Origin: Pyrinomonas methylaliphatogenes
GTDB lineage: Bacteria > Acidobacteriota > Blastocatellia > Pyrinomonadales > Pyrinomonadaceae
DNA: 24,000 nucleotides
Direction: 5' to 3'
NCBI RefSeq assembly: GCF_000820845.2
Contig: NZ_CBXV010000008.1
Coordinates: 456,705 to 480,704 of the forward strand
Shown: positions 6,915-14,105 of the stretch, one piece after another
Layout of the letters: every line of letters begins with the position of its first letter
Position numbering within the stretch: position 1 is the first letter of the stretch
Made by a program: the position numbers and the translations under genes
The notes under the pieces: model-generated
Seen by the model: the letters and a program-made list of their open reading frames with translations, nothing else
Database searches by the model: none
Told to the model about the DNA's origin: nothing

Positions 6915-8906
6915 GTGTTCAGCGATCATTTCCGGCGCAACGAATCACTGAAGGGTTGGCTTAACGGAGTTCGCGGCTCGGCCTTTTTATCGAATTTATC
7001 GAACGTCGCGTGGAAAGTCTTTCAAGCTGTGAACACGCGCTTGCCCGAAGGCGAGGCGATCCGCCCGCGGTGGGCGCCAGGACCGCTCTTGAAATCATAC
7101 GAGCGGACCAGTCCGCCGCTCGGCTTTCCGCGCGAGACCGATTCGCTCTGTCCGACCTGCGTCAAACAGGTGCGCGAAGCCGTGATCCGCGGCGAAGTCT
7201 CGCTCGAAACGCTGATGCACGCGCACCCCGGCGAGATCAAAGCCCAACTCCTCGAAGAAGACGGGCGCATCATCATCCGCAAAACTTGCCCGGTCCACGG
7301 CGAATTCACCGACGTGCTCTCGACCGACGCCGCCTTCCTGCGCCGGATCGAATCGCTCTTCTTCGGGCGCGACTTCCGCGCCGCCGAAGACGCGCACGTC
7401 CATCGACACGGCACTTCGACCATCAAGTTCGGGCGCGGCGCGGTCTTGACCGTCGATCTGACCAACCGCTGCAACATGATGTGCAATCCGTGCTTCATGG
7501 ACGCCAATCAAGTCGGCTATGTCCATGAGCCGTCGTTCGAAGACATTAAAGCGATTCTGGATCGCGCCGTCAGTTTCAAGCCGCGGCGCCAGATCATCAT
7601 CCTCTTTTCGGGGGGCGAGCCGACGCTGTCGCCGCACTTTTTGGATGCCGTCGCGTATGCCAAGAAGATCGGCTTTTACCGCATCTTGGCGGCGACCAAC
7701 GGCATACGCTTCGCGCAAGATCCGGAGTTCTGCCGCGCGGCCAAAGAGGCTGGCATGCACGGAGTCTATCTGCAGTTCGACGGCGTCTCCGAGGAGAAGA
7801 ACCGCCACCGCGGCGTCGGCAATCTCTTTGACGTCAAGTTGCAGGCCATCGAGAATCTGGCGAGCGTCGGCGTCAAGATCACGCTCGTGACGACCATCGT
7901 CAATCAGATCAACAACGACGCCATCGGGCAGATCGTCGAGTTCGCCATCAAGAACATCGACAAGATTCAAACCATCGCCTTCCAACCCGTCTCTTTCACG
8001 GGGCGCGACGAGGATATCAGCGACGAAGCGCGCCGTCGCCACCGCTACACGCTCGCCTGCATGGCGCACGATCTCAAGCGCCAGCTCGGCGGCGGTTTGG
8101 AACCGATGCGCGATTGGTTCCCGCTCTCCTCCTACTCCGCCTTTACGAGCGTGATGGACATGTTGCAAGGGGCGGATGCGCCTTGGGGCTGGTCCAGCTG
8201 CAACTGCCATCCGAACTGCGGCATCTTCACGCTGCTGGTCGTCAACCGGCGCACGGGCGAATGGATGCCGCTCTTCAAGTTCTTCGATTACGAACAGTTC
8301 ATGCGCGACGTCGCGGTGATCACCGACACGGCGCGCGGGCGAAAGCTCACCGCGGCGCAACTCGCCATGACCATCCTGCGCAACTATGACGCGGCGAGCG
8401 CGCCCGCGGGCTTCCCCATCTCGCAGATCATCAACCTTTTCCGGCCAAGTTCGACGAGTTCCAATAGCGATCGCAACGACCGCATGAAGACGCAACGCGC
8501 CGATGATCCCGATGACGTGTGGCGCGTCCTGTGCGTCGAAGGCATGTGGTTTCAGGATCTTTTCACCTACGATTTCCGCCGCACCGAAATGTGCGTCATC
8601 CCTTACGGGACGCAAGAAGGCGAGATCTCCTTCTGCGCTTACAACACGGGCGTCGGCTGGCGACAGATCATCGAGAACATGCACAAGACGGCCAACTTGG
8701 CCGAGTGGTACAGCAAGCATGGGCGCCATCCGGTTTACGCCAAGGGTAAGCACGTGCCGCTTCAGAAGACTCGACATTCGCTCGCGTTACCCGTCATCAA
8801 CGCTAGTTCGACGCCGACGGGTTGCAGCAGCTGCGGCGGGTCGAGCGGGCTCGGGGGACAAGCGACCTCGCCCTACCTCCTCGAAGAGGAAGAGGTCGCA
8901 GTTTGA
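6915..8906 (+). CDS. large radical SAM enzyme with N-terminal Cys/His ribbon and extra Cys clusters; architecture resembles the Tes / GDGT-MAS (MJ0619-like) membrane-spanning lipid synthase family
   Basis: 663 aa with a GTG start. CX3CX2C is CNMMCNPC (nt 7470..7493), and the GGE motif is FSGGEPTL. The N-terminal knuckle pair is SLCPTC...KTCPVHGEF. There is an extra Cys-rich stretch (WSSCNCHPNCG) and a C-terminal MCVIPYGTQEGEISFCAYN. Radical SAM membership is secure. The subfamily assignment comes from remembered architecture only. Confidence 0.85.
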   Translation: MFSDHFRRNESLKGWLNGVRGSAFLSNLSNVAWKVFQAVNTRLPEGEAIRPRWAPGPLLKSYERTSPPLGFPRETDSLCPTCVKQVREAVIRGEVSLETLMHAHPGEIKAQLLEEDGRIIIRKTCPVHGEFTDVLSTDAAFLRRIESLFFGRDFRAAEDAHVHRHGTSTIKFGRGAVLTVDLTNRCNMMCNPCFMDANQVGYVHEPSFEDIKAILDRAVSFKPRRQIIILFSGGEPTLSPHFLDAVAYAKKIGFYRILAATNGIRFAQDPEFCRAAKEAGMHGVYLQFDGVSEEKNRHRGVGNLFDVKLQAIENLASVGVKITLVTTIVNQINNDAIGQIVEFAIKNIDKIQTIAFQPVSFTGRDEDISDEARRRHRYTLACMAHDLKRQLGGGLEPMRDWFPLSSYSAFTSVMDMLQGADAPWGWSSCNCHPNCGIFTLLVVNRRTGEWMPLFKFFDYEQFMRDVAVITDTARGRKLTAAQLAMTILRNYDAASAPAGFPISQIINLFRPSSTSSNSDRNDRMKTQRADDPDDVWRVLCVEGMWFQDLFTYDFRRTEMCVIPYGTQEGEISFCAYNTGVGWRQIIENMHKTANLAEWYSKHGRHPVYAKGKHVPLQKTRHSLALPVINASSTPTGCSSCGGSSGLGGQATSPYLLEEEEVAV

Positions 8907-9034
8907 GCCTGCGACGCGCCGCCTTCGAGAATCGCCAGCGGCTTTATCGTTCACCCCCTAAAGGGATCAGAAAGGCGAAGGGAGAAGCCTCTTCGAGCGG
9001 CAATCAAGTTAGGAGACTCTCAGCCCTTCTTTGG

Positions 9035-9328
9035 CTAATCGAGTCTGACCATATTCAATTCGCCTAGGATCTCCTTGATGCGCTTGGCGAGCCTTTCTAT
9101 CGTTTCGACGCGCTGTCGTTGCTTGGGCGACAGTTCGTCGCGCAAGAGAAGCTGCGCTTGCCCGATCACTCCGGCCAGCGGGTTATTGACCTCGTGCCTG
9201 ACCCGCGCGACGATGGCGACGATCTCCTCCATGCGCTCGCCCTGTTGCTTGATGAGCGCGCGTAACTCGCCGATCTCGCGCTCCGAGCCCCAGTCAACCC
9301 TCCCGCCCCCATTTTGATCGCTTATCAT
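9035..9328 (-). CDS. stand-alone HisKA (DHp, dimerisation/phosphoacceptor) domain protein lacking sensor and ATPase domains
   Basis: The H-box is VRHEVNNPLAGVIGQAQLL, followed by a second helix (SPKQRQRVETIERLAKRIKEILGEL). I prefer the ATG at 9328 because AAGGAGG lies 6 nt upstream. The ORF-track start at 9370 is a TTG without a Shine-Dalgarno. The protein is 98 aa, and the stop comes right after the DHp helices. Confidence 0.7.
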   Translation of the reverse strand: MISDQNGGGRVDWGSEREIGELRALIKQQGERMEEIVAIVARVRHEVNNPLAGVIGQAQLLLRDELSPKQRQRVETIERLAKRIKEILGELNMVRLD

Positions 9329-9433
9329 CTGACCACCTCCTTCGGACAGCCCCTCGCGCCGCTCGCACAAGGGCCATTTTGCGCTCGACCGACCGCGCGG
9401 CGCAAGGCGGTCTTCGAGCGGTGGGGAGGAGAA

Positions 9434-9463
9434 TTGACAAACTCTGCTGACTCAACTTAAATT
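9434..9463 (+). promoter_or_regulatory. candidate sigma70-type promoter for tRNA-Gln
   Basis: Perfect TTGACA (9434..9439), ~17-18-nt spacer, TTAAAT/TAAATT (9457..9463), about 15 nt upstream of the mature tRNA 5' end. Confidence 0.5.
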
Positions 9464-9477
9464 ATCTTTTCCAAACT

Positions 9478-9552
9478 TGGGAGGTCGTCTAATCGGTAAG
9501 ACTCCAGACTCTGGATCTGGCTATCTAGGTTCGAGTCCTAGCCTCCCAGCCA
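9478..9552 (+). tRNA. tRNA-Gln, anticodon CUG
   Basis: Cloverleaf folded by hand. Acceptor TGGGAGG/CCTCCCA; D stem GTCT/AGAC with loop AATCGGTA; anticodon stem CCAGA/TCTGG with loop CTCTGGA (U33, then CTG at 34-36). Variable loop is 4 nt; T arm CTAGG-TTCGAGT-CCTAG; discriminator G; encoded CCA. The U1-A72 pair and G73 are typical bacterial tRNA-Gln features. Confidence 0.93.
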
Positions 9553-9560
9553 AGATCTCG

Positions 9561-9590
9561 AAAGATCGGCCTTGAGGGCCGATCTTTTTC
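9561..9590 (+). terminator. rho-independent terminator after tRNA-Gln
   Basis: Perfect 11-bp stem AAAGATCGGCC (9561..9571) / GGCCGATCTTT (9577..9587) with a 5-nt loop, running into a T-tract. Confidence 0.8.
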
Positions 9591-9727
9591 AGCCTTGCCC
9601 CGCTTCCGGTCAAATATCCCGAAGCCTTGTCCCGTGAAAACCTCGAGCGTGAAGATGACTCGACAGGCGAAGGCGCGTTTGGCTAGCGCTCAACCCGATC
9701 AAGACAAGGCGGCGAAGAAAATAGTTT

Positions 9728-9756
9728 TTGACCGCTCAGCCTTTTTTTGTTACATT
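9728..9756 (+). promoter_or_regulatory. candidate sigma70-type promoter for the speA operon
   Basis: TTGACC (9728..9733), 17-nt spacer, TACATT (9751..9756). This predicts a leader of roughly 90 nt before the speA TTG start. Confidence 0.4.
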
Positions 9757-9851
9757 GCGCCTTCCGAGTGCTCCAACCGGTCGATTCACGAAGGCAGGCA
9801 TAAGCTTCAAGCGCGAAGAGATTTCCTTGAGCACGGTAGGAGACCCGCAAG

Positions 9852-11783
9852 TTGAGTACGGTTATCGAACAGACGCTGGAACTTTACGGCATAGAGAACT
9901 GGGGAGCAGGCTATTTCGACATCAATCGCAAGGGCAACCTCATCGTCCGACCTTCGGAGAACGATCCGCGCGCGGCGGACGTCAAAGAGATCATCGATGA
10001 TCTAGCGCGACGCGGCATCGGCACGCCCGTGCTGCTGCGCTTCCCGCAACTGCTGACGAGCCAAGTGCGGAAACTGCAGCGCGCTTTTCGCAACTCCATC
10101 CGCGAATTCGACTATCAAGGCGCGCACATGTGCGTCTATCCGATGAAGGTAAACCAACACCGCGCCGTGGTCGAGGAGTATTTGCGTGAAGCGTCGCGGT
10201 ATGATTTCGGGCTGGAGGCCGGATCGAAGGCCGAACTCTACGCCGCGCTTGCGCTCGAACAATCGCCCGATAGCCTCTTGGTGCTCAACGGCTTCAAGGA
10301 CGAAGAGTTTATCGAGATGGCTTTCGTCGGCGCGCGTTCGGGCAAGCGGGTCGTCATCGTCATCGAGAAGCTGAGCGAACTGGACCACGTGTTGCGTCTC
10401 GCTGACCGCTACGAGGATGGTCCGATGCCGATGGTCGGCATCCGCGTCAAGCTCTACTCGAAGGGTTCGGGCCGGTGGGAGAAATCCGGTGGCGAAGCGG
10501 CCAAGTTCGGGTTGACGACGACCGAGATCCTCGAAGTGATCCGGCGGATGCAGGAAGCCGGTCGCATCCAGATGTTGCGACTGCTCCATTTCCATATCGG
10601 CTCGCAACTGACGGACATCAAACGGATCAAGAACGCGATCAAAGAGGCGGCGCGCGTCTATGCGAAGATCAGGCAGATGAAAGTGCCGATCGATCTGCTC
10701 GACGTAGGCGGCGGCATGGCCGTCGATTACGACGGCTCGCGCACGGCATTCGATTCCTCGGCCAACTATACGGCGCAGGAGTTCGCCAACGACGTCGTTT
10801 ACACGATCAAGCAGGTCTGCGAAGACGAGAACGTTCCGCATCCGACGATCATTCAGGAATCGGGCCGTTTTCTGACCGCTTACCATGCGATGCTCGTCAC
10901 CAATGTGCAGGACGAGATCGAGACGGTCGTCGAAGACATTCAACCGATCGAGATCGATGATGACGATCCGCAGGTGATCATCGAGTTGGCGGACCTACGC
11001 GAGACGATCTCGGCCAAGAACTACCGCGAGTATTATCACGACGCGCTCGAACACCGCGACGAACTCTTCACGCTCTTCAATCTCGGTCTGATCTCGCTCG
11101 AGGATCGCGCCAAAGGCGAAGTCCTCTTCTGGGACGTGTGCGAGCGCGCCAACAGATTCGCTAGGCAGACCGAGGATGTTTCGGAGGATTTCGACGAGTT
11201 GCGTCGTCTGCTCTGCGCGAAGTATCTGACGAATTTTTCCGTCTTCCGCTCCGTTCCCGACCACTGGGCGATCGATCAACTCTTCCCCATCGTGCCGATC
11301 CATCGGCTGAATAAACAGCCGACCGAATACGCGACGCTTTGTGATATAACTTGCGATTCGGATGGCGTCGTGGATAAGTTCGTCGATCTGCATGATGTCA
11401 AGCAGATCCTCGAACTTCATGCGCTCACGCCGGGCGAGCCGTACTACATCGCCATCTTGCTGGTCGGCGCGTATCAGGAGGTGATGGGAAGCAATCACAA
11501 TCTCTTCGGGAATCCGAACGAGGCGCACATCTACATCGATGACGATGGGTACTTGATCAAAAAGGTCATCCCCGGCACGAACGTCGGCGAGGCGGTCGAG
11601 CGCGCGCACTACGATCGGGGCCAGTTGCACGAAGGGTTTCGTCGCCGCATCGAACAACTGGTCCGGCGCGGAGAACTGAGCGAAGCGCAGGGGATGGAAC
11701 TCGTGGAATATTACGAATCGCGCATTAATTCGTACACCTATCTAGTCAACGGCTCGACGCCGAGCCGTCGTCTTCGGGACTGA
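9852..11783 (+). CDS. speA: biosynthetic arginine decarboxylase (PLP-dependent)
   Basis: 643 aa. The N-terminus YGIENWGAGYFDINRKGNLIVRP is typical of SpeA. PLP-lysine motif VYPMKVNQ, plus HFHIGSQ and DVGGGMAVDYDGS motifs. TTG start with AGGAG 8 nt upstream, and no in-frame ATG nearby. Confidence 0.92.
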   Translation: MSTVIEQTLELYGIENWGAGYFDINRKGNLIVRPSENDPRAADVKEIIDDLARRGIGTPVLLRFPQLLTSQVRKLQRAFRNSIREFDYQGAHMCVYPMKVNQHRAVVEEYLREASRYDFGLEAGSKAELYAALALEQSPDSLLVLNGFKDEEFIEMAFVGARSGKRVVIVIEKLSELDHVLRLADRYEDGPMPMVGIRVKLYSKGSGRWEKSGGEAAKFGLTTTEILEVIRRMQEAGRIQMLRLLHFHIGSQLTDIKRIKNAIKEAARVYAKIRQMKVPIDLLDVGGGMAVDYDGSRTAFDSSANYTAQEFANDVVYTIKQVCEDENVPHPTIIQESGRFLTAYHAMLVTNVQDEIETVVEDIQPIEIDDDDPQVIIELADLRETISAKNYREYYHDALEHRDELFTLFNLGLISLEDRAKGEVLFWDVCERANRFARQTEDVSEDFDELRRLLCAKYLTNFSVFRSVPDHWAIDQLFPIVPIHRLNKQPTEYATLCDITCDSDGVVDKFVDLHDVKQILELHALTPGEPYYIAILLVGAYQEVMGSNHNLFGNPNEAHIYIDDDGYLIKKVIPGTNVGEAVERAHYDRGQLHEGFRRRIEQLVRRGELSEAQGMELVEYYESRINSYTYLVNGSTPSRRLRD

Positions 11784-11833
11784 GATTCGAACAAGGGTGT
11801 TGGGACTTCAGTAAGGATGGAAAGAGGATCACA

Positions 11834-12904
11834 ATGACGGCTATGGTTACTCAACGCAAACCGCGACCATCGCGTTATCTCACGACGCCGACTCGCCCGA
11901 TTCAGGTGGACCGCGACCGATCCATCGCCGGATTGTTGGAGAAGATGGAAGGGGCCGGTTTCGGCGCGCGCCAACTGGCCGAAGCGCACCGCATCTGGCT
12001 TGACATGCTCGGCGACAACACGGTGATCTTCGTCGCCGCGTCGGGGCCGCTTATCCCCGCTGGGATGCGCCGCCTGCTCGCCTATGTCGTCAAAAACCGG
12101 TTCGTCGATGTGCTCATCCTATCGGGCGCGCTCATCTTTCAGGATCTGCATGAAACGCTCGGACGACAACACTACCAGGCCCATCCGAGCATGCCGGATG
12201 CCGAATTAGAAGCCGCACAGGTCGTGCGCACTTTGGACGTGCTGGCGAGCGAAGAAGAATATCGCGAAGCGGCTGAGTGGGTCAGCGGCTTCGTCAACCA
12301 ACTGGACCAGTCGCGCGCTTATTCGGTGCGCGAGCTGCTGCATCTGCTGGGACGTGAACTGTCGGAGATCTCCACGGACGATGGCGTGCTCACCGCCGCT
12401 TTCAAATCGCGCGTGCCGGTCTTCTGCCCCGACATCGCCGATAGCTTGATCGTCACCGGCATCGCGACGGCGCGTTTCGAGAAGAAGAACAATTTTCAGT
12501 TCGATCTGGCACAGGATGCGCTCGATATCGCGCATATCTTCGCCCGCGCGCGCACCACAGGCGCGATCCAAATCGGCGGCGGGACGCCGCGCACCTTCTT
12601 GCAACAGGCGCAGAACGCCATGGATGTCATCAAAGCGCCAGCGCGCAGCGGCCACAAATACGCCATTCAGATCGGCACAGAGATCATCCCGACGGGCGGG
12701 CGCTCCGGCCTCGTCACCAACGATGAAGCTTTCATCTACGGCAAGCTGATGCGCGGCGCGAGCACGAGTTACATCAATTGCGATCCGACGATCGCGCTGC
12801 CGATCCTGATCACGGCGCTCTCGCAAACGGGCGCCAAATACATGAAGGGACGCAAACGTCCGAACTTCACGTTGGCGCGCGAGTTAACGGTCGAAATACC
12901 ATAA
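11834..12904 (+). CDS. deoxyhypusine synthase-like protein (DHS family, NAD-dependent aminobutyl transferase)
   Basis: 356 aa. DHS-family features: GFGARQLAEAHRIW, VIFVAASGPLIPAGMR, IQIGGGTPRTF (aligns to the GGGVVKHH region). NDEAFIYGKLM aligns to the eukaryotic PDEAVSWGKI motif that carries the catalytic lysine. GGAAAGAGGA lies 5 nt upstream of the ATG. Confidence 0.8.
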   Translation: MTAMVTQRKPRPSRYLTTPTRPIQVDRDRSIAGLLEKMEGAGFGARQLAEAHRIWLDMLGDNTVIFVAASGPLIPAGMRRLLAYVVKNRFVDVLILSGALIFQDLHETLGRQHYQAHPSMPDAELEAAQVVRTLDVLASEEEYREAAEWVSGFVNQLDQSRAYSVRELLHLLGRELSEISTDDGVLTAAFKSRVPVFCPDIADSLIVTGIATARFEKKNNFQFDLAQDALDIAHIFARARTTGAIQIGGGTPRTFLQQAQNAMDVIKAPARSGHKYAIQIGTEIIPTGGRSGLVTNDEAFIYGKLMRGASTSYINCDPTIALPILITALSQTGAKYMKGRKRPNFTLARELTVEIP

Positions 12905-12930
12905 CCGCAGACGCGCGTCGTCCAACGAAG

Positions 12931-13836
12931 ATGGCATCCGAATCGGCCCACCTTCCGATGAACTTCGGCGGCCTCAGCGAAGAGGCTTTCTCTTCGCAAC
13001 CGCGCGCCCGTGTATTGGTCTGGCCCGTCTCATACGAAGGGACCGTCTCCTACGGGGCGGGCACCGCGCGCGGCGCAGAAGCGATCATCGACGCCTCACG
13101 TAACATGGAGCTTTACGATGAGGAACTCGATGCCGAAACCTACCGCATAGGCATTCACACGCTTCCGATCTTCCCGCCAGCGCCCTCGCCCGCAGAGATG
13201 AACCAGAAGCTTTATGAAGAAGCGCGACGCCTCGTCTCGACGGGCAAATTTCTCGTCACGCTCGGCGGCGAACATTCGATCACCGCGCCGATCGTTCGCG
13301 CGCACGCTGAACGTTACGCGAACTTCTCCGTCTTTCAGATCGACGCACACGCCGACCTGAGAGCGACATACGATGATACTCCCTATTCGCATGCGTGCGT
13401 GATGCGCCGAATCGTCGAGGATTTGCGGATTCCCGCCGTGCAGTTCGGCATCCGTTCGATGTCTGCCGAGGAGGCGCGCGTCAAAGATCGCTTGCCGACG
13501 CGCATCTTCTGGGCCAAGGATGTGGTCGGACGACCGCAGAGTTGGAACGAAGCGATCTCGCTACTGACGGAAAACGTCTACTTGACGATAGACATCGACG
13601 GGCTCGATCCCTCGCTCGTCCCGCACACGGGGACGCCGGAACCGGGCGGCTTAGGCTGGTACGAAACGCTCGGCCTGTTGCGCGCGCTCGCCGGGCGCCG
13701 CCGCATCGTCGGCATGGATCTGGTCGAATACGCGCCTGCTGGCGAACATCACGCTTCCGCCTTCCTCTGCGCGAAGCTCGTCTACAAAACGCTCGGTTAC
13801 ATCTTCGCCGATTCGTTGGAACGAGTGTCAATCTGA
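12931..13836 (+). CDS. speB: agmatinase (ureohydrolase/arginase family)
   Basis: Mn-binding ureohydrolase motifs are present: GGEHSIT, QIDAHADLR, TIDIDGLDPS, plus a GMDLVEY motif in the C-terminal region. I chose ATG 12931. The ORF-track start at 12778 would overlap the DHS-like CDS by 127 nt, and its extra 51 aa look like out-of-frame read-through. Context with speA supports agmatine as substrate. Confidence 0.85.
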   Translation: MASESAHLPMNFGGLSEEAFSSQPRARVLVWPVSYEGTVSYGAGTARGAEAIIDASRNMELYDEELDAETYRIGIHTLPIFPPAPSPAEMNQKLYEEARRLVSTGKFLVTLGGEHSITAPIVRAHAERYANFSVFQIDAHADLRATYDDTPYSHACVMRRIVEDLRIPAVQFGIRSMSAEEARVKDRLPTRIFWAKDVVGRPQSWNEAISLLTENVYLTIDIDGLDPSLVPHTGTPEPGGLGWYETLGLLRALAGRRRIVGMDLVEYAPAGEHHASAFLCAKLVYKTLGYIFADSLERVSI

Positions 13837-14105
13837 TCTCCTTCCCCACGAATTTGTGACATCTTTAGGGAACGAATCTGGTAAAACCCGCTCTCGAGGC
13901 GAGCGTGTCGATGCCGTCGAGCGCAGGGCGCGAGATACTCTTCCACCACTTCGGATGTCCCTTTGCGTCTCCAGTTTTAGCCTCTTCACCCTCGCGCGAA
14001 GCATGACCTAGAGGAGAAAAAATTTCTGGAGCAAAGCTCCACCGTCGTGCTAGATTTGTCACCACCGGAAGTCGCCATCCCTTCTCTCGATCGTGGAGGA
14101 GCCTC

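Noticed and set aside
7095-8777. 560-aa antisense ORF fully inside the radical SAM gene
   Set aside because: Its composition (very rich in Arg/Ala/Asp/Gly/Val, no recognisable motifs) is typical of shadow ORFs on the opposite strand of GC-rich genes. The plus-strand frame carries unambiguous radical SAM motifs.
9595-9855. 86-aa ORF in the tRNA-Gln to speA intergenic region
   Set aside because: It spans the predicted speA promoter and leader, starts inside the tRNA terminator tail, and has no Shine-Dalgarno or homology signal. It is more likely noncoding 5' leader.
10002-11657. Minus-strand ORFs 10002..10943 (313 aa) and 10995..11657 (220 aa) inside speA
   Set aside because: They are antisense shadows of a clearly identified SpeA frame and match no recognisable family.
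12778-12930. Upstream extension of the agmatinase ORF (start at 12778)
   Set aside because: It would overlap the DHS-like CDS by 127 nt. The extra 51 residues have no ureohydrolase homology and look like out-of-frame translation of the DHS 3' end. ATG 12931 gives a normal agmatinase N-terminus.
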